A DNA stretch of 63,976 nucleotides, filler included, from Basidioascus undulatus (Eukaryota), in NCBI GenBank assembly GCA_000826855.1. It is 3 parts of 3 records of this genome, joined end to end, with 100 filler letters (N's around TTAATTAATTAA, not from the genome) between each part and the next. Parts side by side here need not be neighbours in the genome. Positions count along the whole stretch, not along the records: positions 43,631 to 63,976 come from JTLS01000375.1; 2 more parts are not named here. One strand, 5' to 3'. Positions 50,300 to 63,976 of the stretch are shown here, in pieces. How positions within the stretch are numbered: position 1 is the stretch's first letter; every line of letters begins with the position of its first letter. A program made the translations under genes and the position numbers. Under the pieces are notes generated by a model. It was not told where the DNA came from. It made no database searches and was given only the letters and a program-made list of their open reading frames with translations.

Positions 50300-51060
50300 A
50301 TGTCAGCGCCCGCTGTTATCCCGACCGCAAGATCGGTTCTGTCCTCCGTTCGCTCTCCGGTGATCCGCCGCTTCTTCGAGCGCGAGTCGCAGCGCTGGAC
50401 CCCGAAGCCGGCCGGGCGCTTCACTCGCAACCCCGAGGGTTCCGTAATCCACCTGCTCGACCCCTCCGTCTCCCCGACCTCCGCCGGCCCCTTCCCGAAC
50501 CCCTTCGTCACGCACCGACACCCGCACACGCAGCGCATCATCCGGCCGTTCTACTCGTTGCGGGAGCAGGCGGACCTCGTGAAGGCTGCGCAGGAGGAGG
50601 GCGTGCTCGGCCTACTCCCGCCGGGGAAGAAGAGCGGGTCGCTGGAGGAACTGGAGGGCGAGGCGCGCGCGAAGGGCGTCTTGAGGGAGATGATCTGGGT
50701 TGGGGGGGAGGAGGGCCCCGGAGCGAAGAGGCCGTTGAACCAGAGGAGGGGCAAGGAGTTCAAAGGCAAGAAGAGCGAGCGGGAGCGCCCGGCGAAGCTC
50801 AAGCTCAGGAAGGAGCGCATGGACGGGATGGAGAAGCGCATTGAGGAATGGAAGAAGGTGAGTTGGATTGTATCTCGTCGGTGTCTGCGTTGCCAGGGCG
50901 GTTTGAAGGACAGGCAATGCTGTGTCTTTCTTGAGTCGTGGCGTGCAGACACAGGCGATTGCAGCACGTCTTTGGGGAACAAAGGCTGATCATTTCGTGC
51001 TGCATCCCACAGGCGAAGGCGGCCGAGAAGGCAAAGATCAAGGCGACGTTGCCATTCTGA
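50300..51060 (+). CDS. MRPL25: Mitochondrial ribosomal protein mL59 (MRPL25)
   Basis: PNPF..PFYSLREQADLVKAA..LLPPGKK..FKGKKSERE..MDGMEKRIEEWKK|AKAAEKAKIKATLPF*. Confidence 0.85.
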
Positions 51061-52437
51061 TCCTACATAACCTGTGTATCCTCGTCGCATTCGTTTTCGC
51101 AACCGCATCTTCTCGCCTCGGGTGTGTGCGCGAGCGCAAACCGGCTTCGCTTGCATCCTTGCTCTCCGCTGCAGGTCATGCAGCGGGGCCTGCTTCGCGT
51201 ACTTTATGTGGAAGCCGCTCACACAGCCCGACACTTCTTATGGCCATCTTTTATCTAACGCCTGACATTGTTGCCACCCCGATATCAGCTAGCTGCGGTC
51301 TCCTTGTCAGCCGCGTTCAGAGCATGGCATGCGAGAGAATTGGTGCAGCAGCGGGGACAGGCGAGGCGGATAGGCGACCTTCAAGGATGACTGCTCGCAG
51401 TGCGCAGATTGATATCGCCCGACGTTAGCCCAAGATTTTGAGTCCTGTGATCAAGGTCGGTCGTTAACTTATATTAATGGAACTCGCAGTCTCAACGGCC
51501 GAATGTACTCATCCCCATTTGGACGGTGCGTTCCGCGGGCAGCGGTAGCCGAAACAGGGCAATCGAGAAGCGACAACCAGCACACGCCGCAGCTTCACAC
51601 TACTTCGGTCAAAGTTGAAGGACACCAGTATGAAGATGTTGGTGTATATGCTGGATGCATACGTCTAGTTGAATCCTTAATAGCGATCAGGCTTCCAATG
51701 TTGATAGTCGATTGTGAAAGGTCCTCTTGGACCAGCGCTGGCCGTGGCCTGCAACCTCCACTTCCAACCACTCACGTGTCTGCAATCTACGTTGAAGTCT
51801 ACGACAGCCGAGGTACCTACGTCAAGTGCTTCGGCTGCGTGCTGCTAATTCGCTTAGATCGACTGCAACGGACTCTTGGAAAGACATCGGGAATGAATGG
51901 GGTGCGGGTGATCTCGCCGAGGGCAGCCTCGTGCGCATGTGTCGTTAGCCTCGCAGCCAGCAGTGGTGGGGGCTTTTACACTGCCGTCGCTGCATCTGAA
52001 GCGACACTGCGACTGTCGGCAAGGCTGATGGTCGTTGGTATCAATTTATAGCACTCATCTCTCTGAGAATGCGTAGCATGGCCAAAGCAAAGGGCTGTGT
52101 GGGGGCCGAAAACTGCGAATCGTGCACGGAGGCTGGAGTGGAGCGGAGAGGTCACAGGAACAGACTCGAGTTCGTTTAGGCGAGACACCACAGACCACCC
52201 ACCACCGCCCGCAAGCGTTCTCGCTGCTGAGCGTCCGCCTCCCTGATCATGCTTGGGCGTCTGAACTCTTTCGATGGCTGGCCCAGGGCATGGCCATCCT
52301 TGCCCCGCACCTGGGCGTCTTCTTCCCCGCAACTTCCATCCCTTTACTTGCCAGCAACGACGACATCAAGCACCACGAGTTATCGCAATCGCATTTACCA
52401 TTATCGAATACTTCACTCAACCTGATATCCGCTTGTC

Positions 52438-55400
52438 ATGACACTCCCCTCCAACAACAACGATAACGCTCTAGATTGGAGCAACATCCTGGCGGACGAG
52501 TCCTTTGGCGTACGGCTGCCGCAGCCGACATCTGGGAATGCACAGGATCCTCAATCACTGCTGGTGTGTTCCCCTTCCGAAGTTTGGCAGCGGAAAGTTC
52601 CGTGCTCATGGCAACGATATCGCAGGCTTCCTTTCTGGCGCAGTCGGGCGGGGAAGCTGGGTCGCCCATAAGCAGCTCCGAGGTGGGTCCGCTCATTGAA
52701 CCCTTCAGGCACATCGCATTGAAAGGAAGACGGTAATCATCCAGAGCACCAACATCGCCACCCCACCCAACGACCACTCCGTGCTTTCCTCCTTCCTCGG
52801 CCCTTCGCACACGCCGCACACCCCGGCACAAACTCTACCAGCACTTTCGCCCTTCGACAACTCGCTTCATCTCTTCCACCAGCCCGGATCTCTCGAACTC
52901 GATGACCATTCCTTCCCGTTCAACAATCCCGCATTCCAGTTGCCGCCCGGCAGCGGGAGCGACGATGTCGCGGCCGCGGCCGACTTCAGCTCGCTTGCCG
53001 GCCTCCTCGGCCTGCCCGAGTCCGAGGCTGGATCGCCGTCTGCGAAGCGCCGGAAGCTGTCGTCCGCATCTAGCAAGTCGGAGAGCACGAGTGCACCTGC
53101 GGAAGGGAAGAAGAAGGAGAAGCAGCCTCGTAGCGCGAGGGCTTGCCTCGTCTGTCGTCGTCTCAGTGAGCGAATCTCTGTCCACACTGCCTCTTCACAG
53201 CCACTCACTGTCGATGTCCACAGAAATGCGATGCGTTGGAGGCGAGAACCCCCCTTGCAAACGCTGCGTCTCGGGAGGGCACGGTAAGTCGCTCCACGCG
53301 AACGACATGTGTTGGCTTCTTTCACTGACGCCTGTCGAGCTCTACAGAGTGCATTTTCGCCGAGGGTACTACCTCGAAGCGTTCCCGAGCGTAAGTTCAG
53401 CAGGGTACTGTGTTCCACTACGGCTCCCTGATCATAAACCCTCGCACAGACGGCATAACGAGGAGAAGATGGAGCGCAGTCTTGAAGAGATGAAGCGGAC
53501 GCTGGGACTGGTACGCCGTCCGAGCCCCTCCTTAGTCGTTCAGCAGACTGACTGCTCCACAAACAGGTCGTACGCCAAATCACCCGACCTGGCTCCGTGT
53601 CTCTGACTCCCGAAGTCGCGGATGCCGTCCGCCGCTCTTTTGGGCCTGAGCCCGCCGAGGCGATGTCGGAACCCGGCTGGCCAGCGATCCCTGTCGTGGA
53701 GGCTGCACCGAGTATGGAGGACAAACATTCTTCCTTACCACCGGCCCCCTCAACTCTCACTCTCAGATCGAGCGACAGTGCGTGTTATCCCATCTATCGC
53801 TGTCTTGACCGCCAATCTTGACCGCCAATTCACACGACCCGTACAGGCGCGTTGCAACTATCGCCTCCTCGTCTGCCGCGGTCGCTCGAGCAACACGAGG
53901 TGCCGGACATGATGAGCTTCATGACTTCGCAAGATGTCGAGGAGCTTTTTAGGATATTCTTTCGACGCGTGAATGGTACGTGATGCTTTCAGTTGCAGGC
54001 CGGCCGCCTGCTTACAGCGTGTTTCCAGTCAACTTCGCGTTGCTGCAGGAAGACTTCCACACCCCGCAACTCGTCTGCGCTCGCTCGCCTTTCCTCCTCG
54101 CCGCGAGTAAGTCCTCCCATTTTGATCTAGAGGAATATTATTACTCACAGTATACTTCCAGTTTGTGCGACCGCGTCCAAATTCTATCCCGAAAAGCCGG
54201 ATTTGCAGTCGAAGCTGCACGCTGTTGCGCGGAGAGACGCCTTCAACGTTCTCGCCCAAGGTCGGAAGACCGTGGAGACCGTCCAGGCGTACAGTAAGTG
54301 AATATACTTGGAGCGCTCATCACGAATGAACGCTCACAGTTCGCTGTAGTGCTCCTTGCCATGTGGGCTGTCGGGGCCATTCGGGACAACGAAGACATGG
54401 CCTGGCTTCTCACCTGGTTCGCCTGCCGGTACGCTTTCATTGCCATAGTTAAATTCGCCCAAACATGCTGATGGTTCTCTTTCTACAGGATCGCCACCGA
54501 CCTGAACCTCCACAAGGCTGTCCCTGCTGGAACGTATGCAGGAATTAGCCCGCATGCGCGCGTGAAGGAGTGTCTGAACCGCGAGAGGACATGGTAGGCA
54601 GCTCAATACCGCGAAAGACATCGCAGTCGAGGTTCTGACAACCATGAACAGGCTCATGTGCTTCATCCTCGACCGAAGGTTGGCAGACTTTCTCGTAGGA
54701 CTCATCCTCGTGCCGAGACTGACTCGCCCAATCGCAGCTACTCTGCACAGCGCGGCAAGCCTGCGTCGCTGTCTGTCCGCGAGGACAGCATCATCCGCAA
54801 CAGCCTGTCGTGGTGCGAAGGCAAGCCTGATTCTATCGGCATGGCGGCGTATACGGTAAGATCCCAATATCATGACATCTCGTGTCCGTGACTCACACTT
54901 GTTGGGACCTATCCCAGGAACTGCAAAACATCTCCTCTCGCACGATCGATATCATCCACAGCAGCTCGAACCGCCCAGGAGGGTGCGATTTCGACAGCGT
55001 GACGAGCACGTTTGTGACGCAGACGCAGGCCTGGCGGGACCACTTCCTCGCTTTCGTCGAGTACGTTTCGTCTGCCGTTCATGCTAGGCTGGCTGGCCTG
55101 TGCTTACAACGTACGACTCTCCTGCAGCTCTCCCCAAGCGGTGAAGACCCTTTCACAAGAGAGCCGGCAGTTCTTCCGCTCCATCGCCAACTTCTACTTC
55201 TACTGTACGTCCCGTTCATCCCTCCTGGCCCGGTCGCAGTGCGTCGGCTGACGCCCGACCTTGACAGACTGGAACCTTGCCATCTTCTCCTTCGGTTTGC
55301 AAAATGCTCTTGACCAGAAGACCAAGAATCTTCCCTATTGTACGCTTCTGCTTTTTACACGCAAGGGCTTCGTCTAACGCTCGTGCACAGTCTTCTACAA

Positions 55401-56230
55401 GTGCTCGACCTTCGCGAACAACCTCCTACGCGTTGCCGGAGACGAGCTGCTCAAGCAAGAGCTGTTCCGTCACAGCCTCGACTCCCACTTCGTCTTCTTG
55501 ACTTACGCTTGTGTACGCAGAAACACCTAATGATTCCGCCAGCCGGACTGACCCACCAGCGTCATGTATACAGGTTTCGCTCCTCCGACTCGCCCGACCA
55601 CAGTTCCAGAAGTTCCGCACCGAGCGCTCGGGCATGACCGCTGCTGCCGTCGCGGACAAGGTCCTGAACATCGCGAACCTGCTCGACAAGATCGCCGTCA
55701 ACACGCGTCACATGCCCGCGCTGTGCTCGACGTTCCTCCGCGCGCTCGTCAAGGAGATGCCCGACCTCTCTCCTAGCAGGCAGAACGCTACGGCATCGCC
55801 TCCGTCGACCGTCCAGGCGCCCGCCGCAGAATCTCCCGCTGCCTCCGAAGACTCGGAGAAGACGGATAGCGCCGCCACGGCGGACGCGCCTGCTGCCGAC
55901 CCGCTACAAGCTGGCGTCACAACGGTCGTGATCGTTCGCTCGCTCGTAGCAACGTGTGGCTTCTGGGATGTGAGTACCAACTGATTCCCATACCGGTACC
56001 GTCTCGCGCTGACACGGCCCTTGCAGAACGTTGTTCTTCCTGGGTTCGATGGCCGAAATGACGCTTCATGCGGGGACTTCCTTCGTGAGTGCGGTCGCGG
56101 CGGCCCTACCCCAAGTTTATGGTTTAATGAAATGTTGACGCTCCCAAACTCAGGTTCGAGCTATCTTAGTGGTTGTATTGATACTTCCGTTCCGTCTTCC
56201 TCGTACGCTTCTATCGCCTGTGCCTTCTAG
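52438..56230 (+). CDS. Zn(II)2Cys6 transcription factor with fungal middle homology region (ends approximate)
   Basis: RSARACLVCRRL|KMRCVGGENPPCKRCVSGGH|ECIF; FHTPQLVCARSPFLLA, KTVETVQAY, EDMAWLLTWFAC|RIATDLNLH, NRERTW|LMCFILDR, FWD|NVVLPGF. Confidence 0.88.
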
Positions 56231-57001
56231 CTTAATCAACGTAGATGTATCTGTTGTACTGTAAACGACCTGCCCGAGCACTGTTTACTTCGTGTGACAA
56301 TCTCCGTGAAACCAAGCCAGGCTCATCTCTGTGCTTGCATGGCCACTCGGCAGCATCTCTCGACCGGCTTTCGCGGCCTGTCCTTGCAGTCTCGCCCTGC
56401 CCACCACCCGCAGTCTTGTGTATTCAGAAATCTTTCGAGAGAACATGCGTTTTTCTATTAATTTTTTTCAGATTAATTAGTTACGGCCATAGCCTCAAGT
56501 TGCACTGCAGATGCAGCACCGCAAATCCCGCCGCACAAATTTTGCTTAGTCTCACGTGCAGGACGCGAACTGCGTCCTGAAACTGAATCCTGGAAAACTC
56601 TTGCAACTCTGCATTAATATGCTTTGGTCAGTCAGCGATAGTATGACTGGTGGGCGCTCGAGGCTCGTACCGTGTCAGCGACCAGACCCGATGTCGTACA
56701 CGCTCGAAGTGAAAGATACGACTGTCCTCTCCAACAGCCCTCTCTTGCCCTTGTCGATCGCCCAAATGGGATAATAGACCACTACAAAAGACAAGTACGT
56801 ACCTGTCAGAATGCCTGCTTCTCTGTCTACCGAAATCATCGTCGTATTGACTCCTCCATTCGGTGACGCAAGATGCACCGCTTTGCAGTCTTCCTCAGGC
56901 TCCCTCACCTCCTCCGTCTCTTCCACATCTTCGACGATCAGTCAAACCTCGCGCACATAAAGATATAAGTTTCACCCGTCCATAGCGCATTCAGCAGCAG
57001 A

Positions 57002-57343
57002 ATGTACGCGGCCCGCACCCTCGCCTTCCGCCGGACCGTCCCCCGTCTCGCGCAGTCCTCAGCAGGGACGCCCGAGCCTCCGAAGCCCACGAAAGCCGTC
57101 CGTATCCTCCTCTCACATCCCCATCTCCCCCCCTCCCCCCCTCTTCCCAGCTAAACAGAATTGCCCCGCCAACAGGTAAACACCCCCCTCCTCCTCATCG
57201 GCGGCGCGGCGGCCCTGTGGGCGACGTACACGGTCGTGCACAACACCGCGGGGTCCAAGGACACGCGCGGGAGCGCGGTCGACGAGGAGAAGGCCATCAC
57301 TCCCGGGAGCAAGTCGAGCGCTAGCCCGAGCGGGGAGAAGTGA
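57002..57343 (+). CDS. Small single-TM protein with mitochondrial-type presequence
   Basis: TATA-like at ~56963; MYAARTLAFRRTVPRLAQSSAGTPEPPKPTKA|VNTPLLLIGGAAALWATYTVV..GEK*. Confidence 0.65.
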
Positions 57344-58791
57344 AGCGGTGCGGTGGGTCTGGATTAGAGGAAGAAGGATGAGGGGTTGGAACGGGTATGG
57401 ACGCTGCGGGGCGCATCGAGCAGACGGGAGGGGACAGCTTGAGCGATGTCTGGTTTACGATCTTATTATTGCCTGTTTTGAAGTCCTGGGCGTCGAGTGG
57501 AGTTCGTCCAGCCCGCAGGCCAGGCGTGCGCCCCGACATTTACCGGTACTGCACCTAAGCGTGTCTGTAGAATGTGCTGTCAGAAAACTGGATATCATCC
57601 TCATACATGGCGAGGCCTAGGCGGAATGTAGCCATGCATTGTGGTCAATCACCAGAGCACAAGCACCGTCGCTTATCAGCCTGTGTGCGGGTGTAAAGCA
57701 ACGGGACAGGTGGGCACTGCAACCCAACAGGATAACTATTGCTGCGAGTTTCTCACTTGGAGGTGGTTGCTCTGCAAGCTTAGGCTTTTCCAGATCGGGC
57801 GCCCATGGCCTTCATGCGGCGCGGGCCGACCTAGGATTCCCAGCTCACTACGAGCTGGAAGATGTCTGCTAGTCAGACGGACTGCTTGAACTCGCTGCAA
57901 ACTTGCTGATAGAAGGAACCCTCGAGCCCGCCATATGTTGCGCGCCCTGCTTCCTGCTTCAAGCCGGCGCGCACAGGACGGTACATCGTGCAGCGCAAGC
58001 GCAAGTCAGATAGATAGGCGTGAGCCTGAGCTTGGGCAGGCGGTGCAGGAGGATCCCGCACTGACTGTGTGGAACGTGAATTGATCGAGTGTACGGTGGG
58101 TCAGGGAAGCGAGGAGCATGGCGCCACGCATGGCGACCGGTGAGAATACCATCCAAGACGTTCACGTCCGTCTGAATGAACGTACGGGCCCCCGCGCGTA
58201 TGCTTCGATGAGACCCCTCGGGCGAAAGTACCGACTGCGAAGCAAACAGTCCCCGCAGCATGCATTGCGCACACCGTACACAGAACACAACGACGAGTGA
58301 GCAGAGGTGACTTTGGAAAAGGAGCACGTCGACTTTCGAAATGGCCCGTTCGAAGCTGGTCTCGGAATGCGCATGATCAGCGTGGTGGGCATCATTAGCC
58401 GCCGATACCTCATGTCCAGCTTCGGCCGTCCTTCGAAATGGACGATCGAAAGTTTGATCCGCGCGCTCGAGATAGTAGAACTAGCGGAGAAGATGAGGAT
58501 GGGTTCGATGCGGATGTCCGGACGGCGGACCGACAGCTTCGAATGCGTTAGTTCTGACCCGCTGTACGAACGTGTAAGGATAGAAGGGAGGCAAGCGATC
58601 CAGTCGTGCCTGCGTGGGGAATTGTACAAGTGGTGCGTGTGTGTGTGTGTGTCCATCGCTCCTCACTCCCACACCTCATCCGCCAACCTGTGATAGTCCC
58701 TCAAATTAGCCAAACATTTCCTAGCGCAACCCCGCACACAAAGCCCGCTCACCTCAACCTCAACCCTCCACCGTCCTCCCCTTCCCTGACC

Positions 58792-59038
58792 TCAGAACGC
58801 CGGCACCTGCCGATCCCCACGCGCCTCAGCGTCCCGCCTCATAGACGTCGCAACGCGGTTGAAAACACACCAGGAGGTCCCCGGCGACGCGGACAAAGAC
58901 GATGCTGGCGGCAAAGAAGCCGACGGGCCAGGCGAGGGCGATGGTGTCGGGGTTGCGGAGGAAGCGGGTGATGGCGGACTGCTTGGGCGCCGGGCCGGTC
59001 GACGGCAGGTAGGCGCGCTGCTGCTGGGCACTGTTCAT
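58792..59038 (-). CDS. Tom6-like small mitochondrial outer-membrane translocase subunit (start uncertain)
   Basis: ..ITRFLRNPDTIALAWPVGFFAASIVFVRVAGDLL|VPAF* resembles the fungal Tom6 C-terminal TM motif. Confidence 0.55.
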
Positions 59039-59635
59039 TGTCGGCGAGTGTTTTGGGTGTGTGTGGGTGCGTGTGATTGGGCGGGGAGATGGGAATGGCA
59101 GGAGACAAGCAAGTGGAGCGGGAAGGCGAAGACGAGAGGAGCGTGGGAGAGTTGCGACGCTGAAGGCCGGAGAAGACCATCACCTGCAGGCTCTGAATTA
59201 TTGACTGCTCGACATTTACCTGCAGATGGGAAACTTGGATAGCAAAGTACGAAACAAATGGAAATGTAGATGCAGTTGTCAACAAGTCAGAGGCTTGTTG
59301 CGAAGTTGCAGGCCAGAGACGAAGTTGGTCACGCTCGTTTACCCAAGTTCAACACGGCGAACTAGATGTTTCCCAGTTTTAGTGGGTGAACATGGTGGGA
59401 AGGCAATTCACATGTGATCGTCGCAGGTAACCAAGGTCAAGTTAGGATCGTTTCGAAACAGTGCGGCTCAGCCAGCGGGGGATTAGCACATAGAAAGTAG
59501 TTGTGCATAGACCGCCGTCGCGCACAAAACGCGAGCAGCACGTTAGGATGCAGCGTACAGCACATGACATGGAGAGGAACAAGAACAAGCTCGCAGCAGA
59601 ACGACATAACCCCACCCGCGCCCAGCCCGATCCGC

Positions 59636-60904
59636 TTAACGGTAGCGGCGGAGCTGGAGGGTGTTGTTCCGCTTCCAGGTCGCCCGCGCCGCTGCATACC
59701 GCCGAGAACGGACGCGCCGTCATCGTCAGCTTGAAGGAGCGAGAGGTGGAAGAGGCGGTGGGAGGATAAGAAGCACGACGCACGGGTGTGGTTGTAGCGA
59801 TGGCCCTTGCCGAGGCCGCGGTTGCGCTTGCCCTCGGCGGTGAGGCCGCGGGACTCGCGGTGCTTGTGCACGGGGTTCGCGATCCAGTTGATGCGGGCGT
59901 CGCGGCGAACGGCCTTGTGGTTGGGGTCCACAAGGATGACCTCGTAGTACTGTCACATCGCAAGAGGGGTACTTCTTCGGTTGGCGCCGCGCATAGGGGT
60001 GGGAGCAAAGAGGGAACGCACCTTGTAGACACCGTCCTGGTTGATCCAGTACGAGTTAAGCACGCGGAGGTTCGCGCAGCGGCGGCCGACACGCTCCTCA
60101 GCGACCGACTGGAGGCCGCGCTGGAACTTCAGGTGGTTCACACCCTGGCGGACCGGCTTGCCGTAGGTGGCACCTGAATCCCAACAAACGACCGGCCGTC
60201 ACGTCAGCCGACCCGTTCTCCAGCACCGGTCGCCCCGTATCACCCCTCCCGATAGCCAACTAGTCCGGAGTGAAGCAGCGCCTCGGAAGCGCGGGACCCA
60301 CCCTTGGGAACGGGCTTCTTGCGGTTGCCACGACGGACGCGGATGCGGTAGATGACGTAGCCCTGCTTGGCCTTGTAGCCAAGGCGGCGAGCCTTGTCCG
60401 GGCGCGACGGGCGCGACGCGCGGTGGATCACGTTGAGCTGGCGGTACTCCCAGCAGCTGATGCCCCGACCGTCCGCACCCCGTCAGCACCCCCAATCCCC
60501 TGTGGCCGCATTCAAGCCCAAATCGAAAGAGTGCCGCACCGAACGCGGAGGAGGAAGCGCAGCACGTCGGACTGCTTCCTGTAGAGCGAGGAGCAAGGAG
60601 GCAGATTTGTGAGCCGGGCCGCCCCCACCAGATGAACGGACTCGCAACGAAAGCACGCACTTCTTCCAGAGCTCCTCAACGTACTTCTGTATACGCGGGA
60701 GGGAAAGCGCAGGGGATGCGCAAAGTCAGTAGTGTGCAGTGAGGGGAGCGACCCGCCCCGAGCAAGCGAGCGAGCTCCGGGGCAGGTCGGTCGAGGCTGG
60801 GGAGAAGACGAACGTAGGCACCCCTGTGTACACGCGATCCCCACCGCATCAGCCATTATTCCATCCCAGAACATGCCCCTCATATACTGAGAATTGACGT
60901 ACAT
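59636..60904 (-). CDS. RPL15: 60S ribosomal protein L15 (eL15)
   Basis: [100 protein letters not shown]. Confidence 0.98.
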
Positions 60905-62899
60905 CTTGAACTAGGAGTGGGTCGTGAGGAGCGGGGTGCGAGAGGGCGGTCACGGACGAGGGGAGAAGAGGGCAAGCCAGGGTCAGCGCAAGTACTCTCG
61001 CCTGCGCTCATGCGCCCGAAAAAATTGGGACGCCGCCCTGCCCCTCCGTTAGACTGCGCCCCTCGGCCAGCATTTCCTTCCGCCTCGCATCTACGCCTGC
61101 TGTGTTTTCGTAAACTCACCTTGCTGTCGCTGCTACAATGACGGCGCGAGCAGCCCTGCTAGAAGTTGCGCAAATCCACCCTTGCAAGAAGGTACTTAAG
61201 GGCAGGCTCCAGTTTCCGGCGGATGGCCGTGGAATTGCGCTGTACTTTCACGTACCTTTTTCATTTTTGCAACGCTTTCATTTACCCAACTATAGCGATT
61301 AAGTAACGATGGTCAAAGGATCGTAATGATTGAGCGGTATGAAGTCTTACGCATACAGCTAACGCTCAAAAGTTATTGAAGGTGACAGCGAGTAGTCATC
61401 GCTTATCGGATGCCGCCTCTTTCACTTGCTAGACTTCAGTACTGGGGATCTCCAAGCATGGCTTAAGTTAAAGGAGCCCTCACAAAAAGGTCAAATAATG
61501 CTGTACTTTGGGTATAACTCTCGTGGTAAAGAACTCGTCCCCCATCTACGCTTTCGAGATTTGCTGAACGCCACGCAATCGCTCAGTGAGTCAATCCTGG
61601 CGTTGCATTCACAGCCAGCTGCTGCTTGCTTCAACGATGCCGAGTGGAAAGTTTCATATGATTAAATTCCAAGATCCTAAGAAAGGTAGCAGCTCCTGGG
61701 CAACAGAAACGGTACACATGACTGCACACGATACCAGGGCAGTACACTTCCGATCGAGAGTGCCAATGCAATGGGGCACTTCGCTTGCATGAGTAAGTGC
61801 CAACTGAATAAGTACAAGATAATCATGTGGTCGTCCACTGGTGCGGCCTGCTGAATCTTGAGTACACGCTGCATCGTTTGTGTAAGCCCGGCGGGCGTCT
61901 GACCTCGCAAGGTCCTTGGGTACGAGTTCCTTAAACCTCAAAGATACCAGCTCAGCGTAGTTCGCATTTTCAGACTCTACAGTACGGGTTTGGGGAAACT
62001 ATCAAATCTAATCCCCTTGGGAAGGAGGTCTGGGAGAAAGGGCAGACAAGGACTCATCGCAGCGGTCGATTCTGCGGCCCTCGCTGGCGAGCAGTCGGGG
62101 CCGTGGATTTTCGTCCGTCATGTCTTCTTGCGAGCCGTTCCGTGGCCTGGGTCATGAAAAGAAGTCCCAACGCAGGTTCTCTCAAATGGCCACACGCCGA
62201 ATACTGTGAGACGGCACTCAGGCGCTCAGGTAAGCCGATGTTCTAGACGTCAGGCCCACGATAACGGAGCAATTAGTTCTCCTCGTTCTCCTGATTAGAA
62301 CGGGTGAGTATACTGCCGCCAAGCTCATCACTGCATCATATCCTTATCCTGGTGTACGTTTTCGAGAGAGGAATGGTGGATAGTCGTGCAAGTTCGGACT
62401 TACGCCCGCCTACGATTCTCCCACGCGGGCGTCGTTGCGCCATTTTTCTTCTTCTTTGACGCGTGTTTCGTCTCCTCCTTCACCTTCTTACCCTACCACT
62501 CTTCGAACGACTCAACTGACATTGCTCGACGGACCTCTCTCAAATCAGAATCATTTCCCGGCTCTTTTCACCGGCTCTCACTGAAGGTTCATCTTCGAAC
62601 TTCCGTATACGCGCTCCCCAAAGGTCCGCATTCAGCTGCTTGCCATCCACTGCAGGCGTCCGCAGCGTTTCGATTGCCATCTCAAACCCCCACTCAATTG
62701 TCTCGAGCTTATAGTTATTCTTCCATCTTTCATGTCGGATCCCCGTACGAGCGTGTGGGCGAACCTTGTCACGCATATTCAGCGTGAGGCAGAGAAGTCG
62801 GGGGAGGCGACCGATATCCCTGTTGAATGGAAACAAATTGCCGGTTCGTCCACTTTTTATCTTGCTCAAAAGTTTGACAGTATGCTCTAATATCTTCCT

Positions 62900-63976
62900 T
62901 GGCCTTAGGCGCCGGACGTGGACTCGTGGCAACTCGAAACATCCTTGTGCGCAGCGATCGACCGTCGTGTCCAGCATACGTCTCTCAAACGTGACCTCAC
63001 AGCCCTCAGAAACCCTCTTCCTCATCCCGCCAAGCGCACTGCTTCACGTCCACTCTCGCTCCATCTCGGAAACGTTCCCACCGAGCTTCATTCCGCGAAC
63101 GACGTTGCCCTCGCCCGGCGCGCTCACCGCGACCCAACTGCTGTCGACGTACTTGGCTCTGCACCATCGCGAAGCCGACCGCCGGGATGCCTTCTTCCGG
63201 ACCCTTCCAGCAGACTTCGACTCCCATCCCCTCAGCTGGGTGACGGAGCGCGGCCAGGCGAGCGGATGGACACGCCTGCGGCAGCTGTTGCCGAGGGCGG
63301 TTGCGCGGCTCGTGGACGACGTGGAACGGCGCTTCAAGGAGGACTTGGCGGTCGTTCTGAAGGCTTTGGTGCGTGCCTTCCCATTCTTCCGCTGGAGAGG
63401 TCGCTGACAATCTGGCGCTCATCCAGCGAGGTCATCCGACTGTCCTCAAGAATCGATCGCTGGCGGACGTTGAGGCGGGCTTTCTCTGGGCATGGCTTAA
63501 CGGTGCGGCTATTTCCCGACCCGAACAACCAGGCTTTCGTCTGACGCTAAAAACAAAAAGTCAACACCCGGTGTCTCTTCTACCCTTTCCCCCTGCCCCA
63601 ACCCTCCAACCTCACGCTCGCGCCCCTCCTCGACCTGATCAACCATGCGACGCCGCTCCCTCCCGCCACGCCTCTCCCCAAGCCCCTCGTGCCCGCAGGC
63701 GGAGGGTACAAGCTCGTCGCCCCGTCGACGGGGTACAAAAAGGGCGAGCAGGTCTTCTTCACTTACGGCAGCCACTCGTGCGCATTCCTTCTCGCCGAGT
63801 ACGGGTTCGTGCTCGGCGCGGAGAAGAACGCGTACGCCGAGGCGGACGTGGGCGAAATCGTCGAGCGCTGGTTCAAGGACCTGGGGAAGGAGGGCAAGTG
63901 GAAGAAGGAGGTGCTGGAAGATCACAAGGTGTAGTCCGCCGCGCTCTTCAAGTTGTAGATGCCGCTGCCGGAGACG
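62900..63976 (+). CDS. SET-domain lysine methyltransferase (Rkm2/SETD4-like), start uncertain and running off the window
   Basis: LFLIPPSALL, TQLLSTYLAL, TLPADFDSHPLSW, FLWAWL|VNTRCLFY, LTLAPLLDLINHA, KKGEQVFFTYGSHSCAFLLAEYGF. Confidence 0.82.

Noticed and set aside
61426..61990. Stop-interrupted coding-like tract between RPL15 and the SET gene (similar at 42319-42726)
   Set aside because: Possibly a TE or gene relic, but there is no motif I can support.

Overview
Intron-rich fungal DNA, basidiomycete-like (short GT-AG introns with CTRAC-type branch points). The window is three contigs joined by artificial N/TTAATTAATTAA linkers (21721-21820, 43531-43630), so synteny across the linkers means nothing. 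Contig 1 carries SEN2, a degenerate thaumatin-like gene, a ~20-exon AA9 LPMO, a thiolase, a decayed one-repeat-per-exon peptide precursor, a MYND remnant, and POL1 head-to-head with a truncated Pol eta. Contig 2 carries an F-box remnant, a split-RING gene, a 5'-less NEM1 abutting a 5'-less NUP160, two CX2C-X19-CX2C GATA factors, RIB5 and NDUFA4. Contig 3 carries STM1-like, tRNA-Ile(AAT), mL59, a Zn2Cys6 factor, a TOM6-like gene, RPL15 and a SET methyltransferase. The standout observation is a circularly permuted tRNA-Thr(CGT) gene at 45843-45922: the 3' half lies upstream of the 5' half, with an A-box-like leader, intron-like pairing ends and a Pol III terminator. I know this gene organisation from some algae and an archaeon but not from fungi. 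Exon boundaries were inferred by eye; gene ends are approximate where stated.
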